Origin: an uncultured Chloroflexia bacterium | Lineage (GTDB): Bacteria > Chloroflexota > Chloroflexia > Thermomicrobiales > UBA6265 | DNA length: 64,000 nt | Direction of reading: 5' to 3' | Assembly: GCA_963724295.1 (NCBI GenBank) | Contig: CAVRUC010000007.1 | Coordinates: 608,001 to 672,000 of the forward strand | Shown here: positions 1 to 9,896 of the stretch, one piece after another | Numbering within the stretch: the first letter of the stretch is position 1 | How the letters are laid out: every line of letters starts with the position of its first letter | Notes under the pieces: model-generated | The model's database searches: none | What the model was told of the DNA's origin: nothing | Seen by the model: only the letters and a program-made list of their open reading frames with translations | Made by a program: the position numbers and the translations under genes

Positions 1-210
1 CCACAACCGTGCCGTCCGCGTGGAAGACTACAAAGCCTGTTGCGGCGGGACTCTCGAGGTCATGTTGTTGCCAGGTGCCGACGAGTGAGTGGGATGTCAT
101 GGCAATGCTGGTATCCGGGTGGCCTCCTCCGCGATAACGCCCTGCCCCGTCCCGGCGACGAGGACAAGCGAGAGCATGACTACGGCGAGGCAGAGAGCAG
201 GTCGAGGCAT
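1..210 (-). CDS. Secreted protein, 5' part only (runs off window); apparent 1-nt frameshift near 116
   Basis: GGAGG RBS precedes MPRPALCLAVVMLSLVLVAGTGQGVIAEEAT (signal peptide). Adding one C continues it as PDTSIAMTSHSLVGTWQQHDLESPAATGFVVFHADGTVV to the window edge. Confidence 0.55.
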
Positions 211-441
211 GATGACCCTCCGAGGCTTCTGGAGTCATGCGCTCCCTTGCTGGGTTCCCGGCCTTCTGGGCTTCCGTGAGGAGGCGCATATGTCTAGGGA
301 GGGAGACGTGATGAATCCAAACCGTGTTGCACAACCCACTCAGCCGCCTGCACTTGATAGTCGAGCAGGCGGTTGAGTGGGTCCAATCCGTCCCATGCCA
401 AGGGGCGAGCTGTGACCGAGAGCACCGTGTGACGGCCCCGC

Positions 442-660
442 CTATCGAGCGTCGCCGGTGGACGAGGATGCGGACAGATGCGTTGCTGACGTGCCCCGCT
501 CAGCAGTAACTGCCGCCGAAGTGCCCGCCTCATGATCGACAAGGACGGTACCGCCGAACAGCATGGCGATTGCGAGGCCAAACACGAAGAGGAGTACCTG
601 CGCGCCTCGCAGCACGTCCTTGTCCCAGGCAAATGACATCGTAGTCGGATGCGGCATCAT
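442..660 (-). CDS. Small single-TM membrane protein
   Basis: AGGAGG RBS before ATG at 660; hydrophobic stretch VLLFVFGLAIAMLFGGTVLV. Confidence 0.55.
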   Translation of the reverse strand: MMPHPTTMSFAWDKDVLRGAQVLLFVFGLAIAMLFGGTVLVDHEAGTSAAVTAERGTSATHLSASSSTGDAR

Positions 661-883
661 GGCAACCTCCTGTCGCGTGCTCACCGGCGGTCTACGTGTT
701 CGAGATCCCGGTTCGCCGATGTGCATTCACCTTAGGAGCCGGTCCAGCCGCTGAACATGCGCAGAGCACGCGGACGTGAACGCAGTTCGGCACTGCGTGC
801 ATTGCGTCCCTGCAGAGCGCTTCCTACAATCGAGCCAGTCCGGCTGACGCCTCATTTGATTCGATCTGTGCTTGGGAGTCGCC

Positions 884-3229
884 GTGGATGCGGGCGAACG
901 CACCGCCCCCCTACTGTTTGGCGATTTGCTGCGTCAACATCGCCTGGCGGCAGGTCTAACCCAGGAGGAGTTGGCCGAACGCGCCGGCTTGAGCCGCCGC
1001 GGCATCAGTGATCTCGAGCGGACCGCTCGCAGCCATCCCTATCGCGAAACGGTGAGGGCACTCGCCGACGCTCTCGATCTGACTGGCAGTGAACGATCTG
1101 CCTTTTTCATGGCAGCGAAGCGCCCAGTCCGCCGCAACCCGGTGCGGCGTGGCAGCCTCACTGCGCTTCCGCTTCCCCTTGCGCCCTTGATCGGTCGCGG
1201 CGAGGAGCGGTCCGCAGTGCGCCATCTTCTACTCGACGACGCGGTTCGCTTGGTGACTCTGACGGGACCAGGAGGAGTGGGCAAGACCCGTCTGGCGCTT
1301 GGGGTCGCGAAGGAGATGGACGACGCGTTCACCGACGGGCTGGTATTTGTCGATCTCGCTCCCATCCGCGACCCGTCCCTGGTGCTATCGCATGTGGCTG
1401 CAACCCTTGGGCTTCGGGAATCTGCCGAACGAGCGTTCCCTGCGGTCATCCACGACTTCCTGCGCGAGCGAGAGATGCTGCTCGTCCTGGACAACTTCGA
1501 GCATGTGCTCCCGGCCGCGCCGGTTGTTGCTGACCTGCTGATGGCCGGACCGAACGTGAAGATCCTGACGACGAGTCGTGCTCCGCTGCGCCTGCGGGGC
1601 GAGCGGGAATACCCGGTGCCCACGTTGCGCCTCCCCAGCAAAGAGGACAGCCGCGATCTCAAGGTATTGGCCGCAAGTGAGGCGACCGCCTTCTTCATTG
1701 ATCGGGCGCAAGCCGTACGCCCGGACTTTTGCCTCGACGCCGATAATGCCTCGGCCATCGCCGAGATCTGCGCCCGCCTCGATGGGCTGCCGCTCGCGCT
1801 CGAACTGGCCGCGGCGCGAACCAAAGTTCTCGCTCCCTCAACCTTGCTGTCCCGCCTCGAGGTGCGGCTTCCAGTCCTGACAGGGGGCACGCGTGATGCT
1901 CCGGAGCGACAGCGGACGTTACGCGCCGCGATCGCCTGGAGCTACGACCTGCTCAGTCCTGACGCACGCAACCTCTTCCGTCGCCTCGGTGTCTTCATCG
2001 GTGGGTGGACACTGGAGGCGGCGGAGGCCGTGGCCAATCTCGAGGGTGATCTCGATGTTCTCGAGGGGCTCGCCGCGCTCGCGGACCTGAGTTTGCTTCG
2101 GATGGACGACAGTAGTCCCGAACTGCGCTACGGGATGCTGGAGACGATCCGCGAGTTCGCCGCAGAGCAGCTTGCCGCTAGCGGCGAGGAAGGCGCGCTG
2201 AAACAGGCGCATGCGGCCTATTTCCTCAATCTCGCCGAGGAAGGGAAGCCGTTCATGTACGGTGCTGGGCAACGCGTCTGGCTGCGGCGATTGGAGGCAG
2301 AGCATCCCAACTTCCGCTTGGCCCTCGCGACGCTAGCGGCGAGCGACGATGAGGCACACCTGCAGCTCGCGGCCAACCTGGGACTGTTCTGGTTCTTGCG
2401 TGCCCACTTTGTCGAGGGTCGAGCGCACCTGGAACATGCGCTGGCCGGCACGGTTTCACTTACGCCACAGCGCGCAGAAGCACTGCTTGGCATCGGTCGC
2501 ATCGCGGAGTGTCAGGGAGACCTGGAGGTGGCAGAAACGTGGCTGCGGCAAAGCGAAGAGCTGGCGCGAGCGCTCAAAGTCACGACGATTCTCTGGCAGG
2601 CGCTCTTCCAGCGCGGCGTTGTAGCGGAATGGGAGGGCGACGACGAGCGGGAGGTTCCGCTTTACGAGGCGGCCCTCGCCGTTGCCCGCGAGCTGAACGA
2701 TATCCAGGCCACGGGCGTCGTGCTCTACTCACTCGGTGATGCTGCCTACCGACGAGGCGATCTCGAGGCAGCCGAGCGACTCAGTGCGGAAGCCGTCGCG
2801 CTGGTCCGGACAGCAGGCGATGAGTGGGTGCTGAGCCTGGGCCTGACTACAGTTGGTGCGGTGGCGCTGGCGCACGGCGACACGTCCAGCGCTGCTGCCG
2901 CTTACCAGGAGGCCCTCGACCTGGGGTTGGGCGTCGATGCTGATTGGGCCATCGCCAGCGCGCTCGCTGGATTCGCCGCCGTTGCCGCGGCGCGTGGAGA
3001 GTTCACCACTGCCGCCCAGTTGCTAGGTGCTACCGAGACCTTGCGTAAAGCCAGCCACCAGCAGCGACTCACGAACTACATGCATCACGCCCAGACAACC
3101 CAAGCCGTGCGCGCGGCACTGAGCGAGTCGGCATTCACGGCTGCTTGGAATTCTGGCTGCGGCGTGCCGTGGGAGGATGCAGTCGACCTCCCGCGAGCCC
3201 TAGGGCTTTACGCGGAGAGCGCACCCTGA
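884..3229 (+). CDS. XRE-HTH + STAND-type ATPase + TPR transcriptional regulator
   Basis: N-terminal [34 protein letters not shown]; Walker A GPGGVGKT; Walker [22 protein letters not shown]-terminal TPR-like helices. Confidence 0.9.
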   Translation: MDAGERTAPLLFGDLLRQHRLAAGLTQEELAERAGLSRRGISDLERTARSHPYRETVRALADALDLTGSERSAFFMAAKRPVRRNPVRRGSLTALPLPLAPLIGRGEERSAVRHLLLDDAVRLVTLTGPGGVGKTRLALGVAKEMDDAFTDGLVFVDLAPIRDPSLVLSHVAATLGLRESAERAFPAVIHDFLREREMLLVLDNFEHVLPAAPVVADLLMAGPNVKILTTSRAPLRLRGEREYPVPTLRLPSKEDSRDLKVLAASEATAFFIDRAQAVRPDFCLDADNASAIAEICARLDGLPLALELAAARTKVLAPSTLLSRLEVRLPVLTGGTRDAPERQRTLRAAIAWSYDLLSPDARNLFRRLGVFIGGWTLEAAEAVANLEGDLDVLEGLAALADLSLLRMDDSSPELRYGMLETIREFAAEQLAASGEEGALKQAHAAYFLNLAEEGKPFMYGAGQRVWLRRLEAEHPNFRLALATLAASDDEAHLQLAANLGLFWFLRAHFVEGRAHLEHALAGTVSLTPQRAEALLGIGRIAECQGDLEVAETWLRQSEELARALKVTTILWQALFQRGVVAEWEGDDEREVPLYEAALAVARELNDIQATGVVLYSLGDAAYRRGDLEAAERLSAEAVALVRTAGDEWVLSLGLTTVGAVALAHGDTSSAAAAYQEALDLGLGVDADWAIASALAGFAAVAAARGEFTTAAQLLGATETLRKASHQQRLTNYMHHAQTTQAVRAALSESAFTAAWNSGCGVPWEDAVDLPRALGLYAESAP

Positions 3230-3346
3230 GGGAGAGCGTAAAGGGGGGTCCCCACCCTCGCTTCGCATCTAGCCAGTACCATCGCTCAGGCAGTAGTCGA
3301 TCCAAGCCTCGGCGGCCGCGCCCTGCAGGATGCCCTGCTATCCCAA

Positions 3347-3685
3347 TTACTGACGAAGGGTCTCGGAGTGTTCCTGGTTGAGCAGCAGTAGCCACATCAG
3401 GATTTCTTCGTCGCTCATCGCCTCCGGGTCGAGGTCATCCCAGCCGTAAGCGGTCCACACGGCGCGATCGAGCGTCTCATGCGCGGCGGCCAGCCATGCC
3501 GGACGGGCGTGGTAGAGGTTGGTCAGCGTTCGCGTCTTCAGTTCGGCTTCGGAGGCGTCGGGCGGGTTCAGCCACTGCTCACGCAGGTCGTTCGGCTCGT
3601 GCGCGGCGTCAGCAATAGCGTGCAGCCGCGGATCGCGCCATTCCTCCTGCGCCAGCGGACAGGGAAGGGGAAGGTTTCGAAGCAA
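3347..3685 (-). pseudogene. C-terminal remnant of an MmeI-like/type IIG restriction-modification DNA methyltransferase
   Basis: LREQWLNPP...LKTRTLTNLYHARPAWLAAAHETLDRAVWTAYGW...SDEEIL..LLLLN matches the C-terminus of this family; the rest of the gene is absent. Confidence 0.7.
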
Positions 3686-3729
3686 ATCGTCGGGGTGTAG
3701 CGGGGCCGATCAAGCCGATTGGAGCTGAC

Positions 3730-4326
3730 ATGGACGCAACGGAGGTTGTCGCGCTCGTTGGCGTGTGTGCGGCCGTAATCGGCTACTTCGTTAAGTACTG
3801 GACAGACCTGAAAATCGAGCAGCGTAACGATCGCCTCGAACGGATCAACCGTCAGCTGAATGAATTCTACGGCCCGCTTCTAGCCCTCACCCGATCGAGC
3901 GGCGAGTCCTGGCAAGCATTCCGGAAGCGCTACCGGCCCGGTGGCGGGTCGTTCTGGAAGAGCGATCCCCCACCGACGAGGGAAGACGCGGTTGCCTGGC
4001 GGCTATGGATGACCACCGTATTCATGCCCTTGCATCAGCGCATGGTGGAGCTCGTGCTCGATAACGCCGCCCTCATTGAAGAGCCCGAGATGCCACCGTG
4101 CCTGCTGGCCATGTGCGCCCATGTTGCTGGCTACCAGGCGGTGCTGAAGGAATGGGAAACGGGCGAGATCTCCGTTGCACGGGAAGACAACATCTCGATC
4201 GTGAATTTCCCGGGTGAAGAACTGGCCGACTATGCGGCCGCCGCGTTCAGCCGGCTGAAGGCCGAGCAGGCCAGTCTTCTCGGATCGACAACCATGACAG
4301 GCTCATCGGCGAAGCGAGCCAGGTAG
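3730..4326 (+). CDS. Hypothetical protein with N-terminal TM helix
   Basis: GGAG RBS, 198-aa ORF, N-terminal hydrophobic helix followed by RLERINRQLNEFYGPL. Confidence 0.75.
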   Translation: MDATEVVALVGVCAAVIGYFVKYWTDLKIEQRNDRLERINRQLNEFYGPLLALTRSSGESWQAFRKRYRPGGGSFWKSDPPPTREDAVAWRLWMTTVFMPLHQRMVELVLDNAALIEEPEMPPCLLAMCAHVAGYQAVLKEWETGEISVAREDNISIVNFPGEELADYAAAAFSRLKAEQASLLGSTTMTGSSAKRAR

Positions 4327-4519
4327 GGCTCATCCAGCGGGATTGGTGTCGCCGAAAACCCGCTTGTGCTCGTCATCGACGATGAAGCTTGCTCGTTCGG
4401 GTAAGATCATGGCGCGAAACGTCCCGGTGCGCGGGTCGGCATTGATCTTGCACCGGACCGTGTGCTGTCTGACGTGCAGCTGTCAGAGTCGTCGATCGGT
4501 CGAATGAAAGGAGCGCCTT

Positions 4520-5050
4520 ATGCGCCGAGTGTCCGCCGTTGCCTTGCTGATCCCATTGGTCTTCACCCTCATTGCCAGTCAAGGCATGAACCCGAGCACA
4601 AGCGCCCAGGATGCCACGCCACCGGTCGATCAGCAGGCGGGCGCTCCCGAGGGTGTGACATTGGTGACCCTCGCCTCCGGAACAATTGATGTCTTGTCGC
4701 CCGGCACGGCAAACATTGCGTTTGGGCGCGTCAGGGTTGCACCCGGGGCCACGGTCCCCTTTGACCCAGCGGATCCCACGGTGGACCTCGTGTACATAGG
4801 CTCCGGAGCGTTGACCTTGCGGGTAGACGCCCCGATGTCGGTGGCCCGAGGTGCGCAAGCCGGCACGCCGGCTCCGACGGAGCCGGAGGAAATTGCGGCC
4901 GGTACAGAGTTCACGATGAGCGAGGGCGACTCCGCCCTCTTCCCACCGAACGTGTCCGGTGAGTTGCGCAACGATGGTGAAGAGGACGCGGTGGCCTGGG
5001 TGACGAACGTGGCTCTGTTCACCAACGACGCCGGCACGCCGACTCCGTAG
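4520..5050 (+). CDS. Secreted cupin-like protein
   Basis: AAGGAG RBS; signal peptide ending SAQDATP; cupin-like LVYIGSGALTL and MSEGDSALFPP segments. Confidence 0.8.
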   Translation: MRRVSAVALLIPLVFTLIASQGMNPSTSAQDATPPVDQQAGAPEGVTLVTLASGTIDVLSPGTANIAFGRVRVAPGATVPFDPADPTVDLVYIGSGALTLRVDAPMSVARGAQAGTPAPTEPEEIAAGTEFTMSEGDSALFPPNVSGELRNDGEEDAVAWVTNVALFTNDAGTPTP

Positions 5051-5060
5051 ACCAGAAGTC

Positions 5061-5101
5061 AAGCCGAGGGGCCTGGAGACATCCTCGCCCCTCGGCTTTT
5101 C
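5061..5101 (+). terminator. Intrinsic terminator
   Basis: AAGCCGAGGGGC...GCCCCTCGGCTT inverted repeat followed by a T run, right after the 5050 stop. Confidence 0.75.
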
Positions 5102-5272
5102 TTGGGATAGAGACAGGTCGCCAGACCCGACCAGCTTGTCTGGCGCGGGCTCCCTTGCTCGCTCGAGACGCGTAAGCCGCCGCGAGAGTCCCCATGACGA
5201 TATGATGCTGGTCCGCGTGTTGATCGACAGCGGGTGGTCATGGGGCGCTCGGCCCAGGCAGGGGATACCGGG

Positions 5273-5509
5273 ATGAGCGTGGACACGGATGACGACGTCG
5301 TGGTGGTAGCTCGGGTGCGGCTTTCCCTACAGGATGGGTCCGACGAGGAGTGGATGGTGCCCATGAAGCTCACCGACGATGCCCTCTCGTACCACGCGGC
5401 GATCTTTCCGCCGGAGGGTGCGGTCGTCGTGTCCGTCGATCCCCTGAAGCGGGAGGGCGCCGCCCGGCAGGATCTGGTCATCGCGCGCGCGGACATCACC
5501 AGCCTTTAG
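5273..5509 (+). CDS. Small hypothetical protein
   Basis: ORF with protein-like composition ending 1 nt before the cinA start. Confidence 0.6.
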   Translation: MSVDTDDDVVVVARVRLSLQDGSDEEWMVPMKLTDDALSYHAAIFPPEGAVVVSVDPLKREGAARQDLVIARADITSL

Positions 5510-5510
5510 G

Positions 5511-6680
5511 ATGCGCGCCTACGTGCTTTCCATCGGCAGTGAGCTGATCGGCGGTCACCTCACGGATACCAATGCCACCTTCCTTGCCCAGGAGCTTGCC
5601 GCCAAGGGGATCGAGCTGCTGCATGTCATTCAGGTCGGCGACGATCTGGACCGTCTCAAGCGGACCCTGGCCGCCGCCGTCGCTGAGGCCGATCTGGTGG
5701 TCTGCACCGGAGGTATCGGTCCCACCGACGACGACCTCACACGTGAGGCCATCTGCGCCCTCACCGGCGAGAACCCGCTGGTCGATGAAGGGCTTGTCGC
5801 GGGCATCCGGGAGTTCTTCGCTCAACGTGGGTTGGAGATGCCGGAGCGAAACGCGAAGCAGGCCTGGGTCATCCCCAGCGCCGAGGTGCTACCCAATCCC
5901 GTGGGCACCGCGCCCGGTTGGCTAGCCCGAATCGACGATACGATGATCGTCGCGATGCCCGGCGTGCCCCGGGAGATGGTCCGCATGTGGCGCGAGCAGG
6001 CGCTCCCTCGCATCTCCGCTCGCCTGACCGGCCGGGTCTATCGCTCCGCGAATCTGCGCACGCTTGGCATCGGCGAGTCCGCCGTCTCGCAATTGCTCGA
6101 CGAGCTGACGCGCCGCCCCCAACCCTACATCGGCACCTATGCGAAGGATGACGGGGTCCACGTTCGCGTCACCGCCTCCGCCGATGACCCCGCGCAGGCG
6201 GAACGGGAGCTGTCTGAGACCGTCGCTGAAGTACGGCAGCGGCTCGGTGATTACCTCTACGCCGACGACGACCGCTCGCTGACGCAAGTCCTGCTCGACG
6301 CCCTGCGCGAGCGTGGGTTCACGATTGGCATTGCCGAGTCCGGAACTGGTGGCCGGTTCGCCTGCCTGCTTCTCTCCGAGCCGTCCGCGGCGGATGTCGT
6401 GCGCGGCACGGTTGCCGACGCTTCCGGTCAACCACCTGAATCCGCCGGTGACCTCGCGCGGAGCGCGCGGGAGCAGTTCAGCACCAGCGTCGGAGTCGGC
6501 ATCAAGGCGACGGCCGCTCCCGCAACCCAGGGCCTGTTCGAGGGAACGATCGACGTCGCGGTTTCCGGGGAGTGTGAGAGACAAGAGTCGTTTCCGATCC
6601 GGGCGGCGTTTCAGGAGATTCAGCGGCGAGCGGCAATGAATGCCGCCGACGTGCTGCGCAGGGCGCTGGCAGGAACTTGA
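5511..6680 (+). CDS. cinA: CinA family protein (MoCF-like domain plus degenerate PncC domain)
   Basis: IGSEL..G..TDTNA, VGDD, TGGIGPTDDDLT, GTAPG, PGVPREM, then AESGTGG. Confidence 0.9.
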   Translation: MRAYVLSIGSELIGGHLTDTNATFLAQELAAKGIELLHVIQVGDDLDRLKRTLAAAVAEADLVVCTGGIGPTDDDLTREAICALTGENPLVDEGLVAGIREFFAQRGLEMPERNAKQAWVIPSAEVLPNPVGTAPGWLARIDDTMIVAMPGVPREMVRMWREQALPRISARLTGRVYRSANLRTLGIGESAVSQLLDELTRRPQPYIGTYAKDDGVHVRVTASADDPAQAERELSETVAEVRQRLGDYLYADDDRSLTQVLLDALRERGFTIGIAESGTGGRFACLLLSEPSAADVVRGTVADASGQPPESAGDLARSAREQFSTSVGVGIKATAAPATQGLFEGTIDVAVSGECERQESFPIRAAFQEIQRRAAMNAADVLRRALAGT

Positions 6681-6749
6681 TGCGGCGACATCATCTCGCG
6701 TCATCCCGAGGCATGAGGTTCTCGTCACCTACGGATGACGGGGTCGCGG

Positions 6750-6800
6750 GGTGGCAGGGTGGCAGGGGTCGTTCGTCGTTCTACCTGCCACCCTGCCACC
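6750..6800. terminator. Inverted repeat between convergent cinA and ybeY, probably a bidirectional terminator
   Basis: GGTGGCAGGGTGGCAGG...CCTGCCACCCTGCCACC, built from tandem GGTGGCAG units. Confidence 0.6.
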
Positions 6801-6877
6801 ACGAGCGCAGCGAGTAATCACTCCGACACGAACTCCCAACTTCCGTCGCCGGACTGACTCGTCTTACGCCACGCGCT

Positions 6878-7360
6878 CTAACAGCCCTCGCCGGCTGACT
6901 CCAGTCGCCACCGGTCGATGAGATCGTGCTGCCTTGCCAGCATGCGCTGGCGCTGCTCCTCCGTGTCATCCCGCCAGCCGGCCAGATGCAGAAGACCGTG
7001 CACGACGAGAAAGGCGATCTCCTCGCCGGGCGAGTGACCCCACGCGGACCCCTGCGTCATGGCGTGGTCGACCGAGATCGCCAGCTCCCCGCCCTGAGCC
7101 TCGTCAGCGGAATCGCCGGCGGGAAACGTCATGATGTCGGTCGGCGTATCGATTCCCATGAAGTCCCGGTGGAGCGACTGCAAGCGCGCGTCGTCTACGA
7201 GGGCGACCGTGATCTCCCAGATCCCGGTCGCCCCTTCCGCGGCGAGGACGAACGCCGCCAGCGACTCCAGCTCGTCGCTGGCGACGCCCTGCGGGGCCTC
7301 CGCATCGGCGACCAGTGAGAAGGAGAGGTCCAGCCGCTGTGAGGCTGACCCACCCGTCAC
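6878..7360 (-). CDS. ybeY: rRNA maturation endoribonuclease YbeY
   Basis: PTDIMTF and VHGLLHLAGWRD motifs (third His position is Asp here). Confidence 0.88.
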   Translation of the reverse strand: MTGGSASQRLDLSFSLVADAEAPQGVASDELESLAAFVLAAEGATGIWEITVALVDDARLQSLHRDFMGIDTPTDIMTFPAGDSADEAQGGELAISVDHAMTQGSAWGHSPGEEIAFLVVHGLLHLAGWRDDTEEQRQRMLARQHDLIDRWRLESAGEGC

Positions 7361-7812
7361 TGAGCGAGGGCGGTCTTCACGGCGGCGCTCACGCGCCGGC
7401 CATCGGCACGTCCCGCCACGCGCTGCATTGCGACCGGCATGACCCGCCCCATGTCCTTCGGCCCCGAGGCGCCGGTCTCGGCAACTGTCGCCGCGACGAG
7501 CGAGTTCAGCTCGTCGTCGGAGAGCTCGGCCGGCAGGTATCGCTTCAGCACCGCGAGCTGGGCGGCCTCGTGATCCGCGAGATCCTGTCTCCCCGCCGCC
7601 TCGTACTGCTCGATGGCATCGGCCAACTGCTTGCCGAGCCTCCGCAGCGCAGCCACCGGATCGGCTGCGGCGCCCGAGCCACGGGCATCGATCTCCGCGT
7701 TCTTCACGGCCGACAGGATGTAGCGAATAGCATCACGCGAGACCGTATCGCCGGCGCGCATCGCCGTTTTGAGATCGTCCTCGAGACGTTGTCGCACCGA
7801 TGATTCGGTCAT
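7357..7812 (-). CDS. GatB/YqeY domain protein
   Basis: DLKTAMRAGD, AIEQYEAAGRQDLA, YLP, KDMGRVM. Confidence 0.9.
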   Translation of the reverse strand: MTESSVRQRLEDDLKTAMRAGDTVSRDAIRYILSAVKNAEIDARGSGAAADPVAALRRLGKQLADAIEQYEAAGRQDLADHEAAQLAVLKRYLPAELSDDELNSLVAATVAETGASGPKDMGRVMPVAMQRVAGRADGRRVSAAVKTALAQ

Positions 7813-7851
7813 CAGAACCTTCCACTCAACCTCGACTCGCCTGTCCCGGGC

Positions 7852-8211
7852 TCACCCGAGCCCGGCCTGGAGCTGCGCTCCACCGAGCAGATGGAAATGG
7901 AGATGAGGCACCGTCTGCCCGGCGTCAGGCCCGTCGTTGGTGATGACCCGGTAGCCGCCGGCGTAGAGCCCGTGCTCGGCGGCGACGCGCGATGCCAGGG
8001 CGAGTGCGTCTGCCGTGACGTGCCAATCGTCGCTGCCGACCTCGCGCAGGGCCGCGAAGTGCTGTCGCGGCACGATCAGCACATGCACCGGCGCCTGGGG
8101 ATGGAGATCGCGGAAGGCGACGCTGTGCTCGCTCTCGGCGACGAGCTCCGTACCAAGCTCGCCGCGCGCGATGCGGCAGAAGATACAGTCGACGGTGACC
8201 GGGTCGGTCAT
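7852..8211 (-). CDS. Histidine triad (HIT) nucleotide-binding protein
   Basis: DCIFCRI, PQAPVHVLIVP, GQTVPHLHFHLLGG. Confidence 0.95.
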   Translation of the reverse strand: MTDPVTVDCIFCRIARGELGTELVAESEHSVAFRDLHPQAPVHVLIVPRQHFAALREVGSDDWHVTADALALASRVAAEHGLYAGGYRVITNDGPDAGQTVPHLHFHLLGGAQLQAGLG

Positions 8212-8306
8212 GACTTCACGCGCTCCGAACAGTCAGGCAACGGCTCCGTGGTACGCTCGGACTTCCTTCAGCCGCGGCGCACCAGGCGCACAACCGTCGT
8301 GCGAGT

Positions 8307-9152
8307 ATGCCAGAACTTCCCGAGGTCGAAACCGTCCGCCGCTCCTTGATCGACAAGATCGTCGGTCAACGGATCAGCTCGCTGCGGGTCACCGATTTTC
8401 CCGGCGTTCTCGCCGGTGCTCGCGTCGAAGACGTCCTGGCCCGGATCGAAGGACGCGCCGTGCGTGGGATCCGCCGCCGCGCCAAGTACCTGATTATCGA
8501 CCTCGACGACGAGACCGCCCTCGTCGTCCACCTGCGGATGACCGGCCGGCTGAGCGCGGTCTCCCATGAGGAGCCGCCACTTCGCTTCGAGCGCCTGGCG
8601 ATCGAGTTCGCCAACGGTCTCGATCTTCGTTTCTCCGATCAGCGCAAGTTCGGTCGCGTCATTCACGTGGATGGCGACGACCTCGGCCTCCTCGAACAAC
8701 GGCTTGGGCGCGAGCCGCTCGAGCGTGAATTCACGTCGGCATGGCTCGCGGAGCGCCTGCGGCACCGGCCTGGCAAGATCAAGGCCGTGCTTCTCGATCA
8801 GGGACTCATCGGCGGTCTGGGCAATATCTACGTCGACGAGTCCCTGTTCCGGGCGGGAATCCACCCGGAGCGACGGGCGAACACCCTCACGCCGGAAGAG
8901 GTCCGCCGCCTGCACCGGTCCATCCGTGGCGTGCTACGCGCCGCCATCGATGGCCGCGGCACGACCTTCTCGACCTTCGAGGACGCCGAGGGCAATGCCG
9001 GCCGCTATGGAGGCAGGCTGCTCGTCTACGGACGCGGCGACAAGGGACCGTGTCCACGCTGCGGCACGCCGCTGGTGCGAACCGTCGTCGGTGGCCGCGG
9101 CACGTCCCACTGCCCTCGCTGTCAGCCACCCGCGGATGCCATCAAACCTTAG
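8307..9152 (+). CDS. mutM: Formamidopyrimidine-DNA glycosylase
   Basis: MPELPEVE, HLRMTG, GLGNIYVDE, C-terminal CPRC...CPRCQ zinc finger. Confidence 0.97.
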   Translation: MPELPEVETVRRSLIDKIVGQRISSLRVTDFPGVLAGARVEDVLARIEGRAVRGIRRRAKYLIIDLDDETALVVHLRMTGRLSAVSHEEPPLRFERLAIEFANGLDLRFSDQRKFGRVIHVDGDDLGLLEQRLGREPLEREFTSAWLAERLRHRPGKIKAVLLDQGLIGGLGNIYVDESLFRAGIHPERRANTLTPEEVRRLHRSIRGVLRAAIDGRGTTFSTFEDAEGNAGRYGGRLLVYGRGDKGPCPRCGTPLVRTVVGGRGTSHCPRCQPPADAIKP

Positions 9153-9304
9153 CGCGTGGTTTCAAAACCGTGGCGAGGTGGCATCAGCTTCGTGTCGCGG
9201 ACGGGCTGCCCATGGCGGCTATGACCCCAAGCGCTCGGCGCACGCCGATCGGGTCGCGAGTGCCGCGACCCGATCGGGTGAGTGAGGACCTGGCGGTGGT
9301 CGGT

Positions 9305-9685
9305 CTAGCGCGCGACCTCGGCGCTGCTCGCGGCCACGATCGCGGTCAAGGCCTCCTTCTGCAGACTGCCCAGGTCGGGGGAGCGCAGCGCCTGCTGCGC
9401 CGAGCGCACCCGGGTCTGCTCGGCGGTCGGGCTGGTGGCCACGAGGGCGACCAGGGCCTCCTCCTGCATGCTGCCAATGTCGCCGCTCAGCAATGCACGC
9501 TCCGCGGCGAGGGCACGCGTGGCCCGGACGTCGTCGGCACTGGGGCCAGCCACCGCTGGTGCGGGGACCGGGGCAAGGGCCGCGGCCGCATCCTCCGCCG
9601 TGACGGCCACGGGGGCGAGTAGGGTCAGCGCGAAGACGACGGCACTGCCGAAGACAAGACGGCGCGCCTGATGCATCGTGGACAT
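9305..9685 (-). CDS. Small secreted protein
   Basis: AAGGA RBS, signal peptide (RRLVFGSAVVFALTLLAPVAVTA), internal repeat D(I/L)GS(M/L)Q(E/K)EAL. Confidence 0.7.
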   Translation of the reverse strand: MSTMHQARRLVFGSAVVFALTLLAPVAVTAEDAAAALAPVPAPAVAGPSADDVRATRALAAERALLSGDIGSMQEEALVALVATSPTAEQTRVRSAQQALRSPDLGSLQKEALTAIVAASSAEVAR

Positions 9686-9896
9686 CGCGAGTTCCTTTCT
9701 GTCGTGCCGAGCCCCGAGCGGGGTCTCGTGTCGCCTGGCGCCTTGCGGCTCCGACACCCCCGGTCGCTTCGGGAGCGGCGCCCGTTTGGCTGGTCCCGGG
9801 CACACCTGCAGCATGCGCTCGCCGCACCCGAGCGTCATGCCGAGAACATCAGTAGAAACCTCAGTAGTTTTGGGTTGGGGAAGAGGAAGCGGGACG

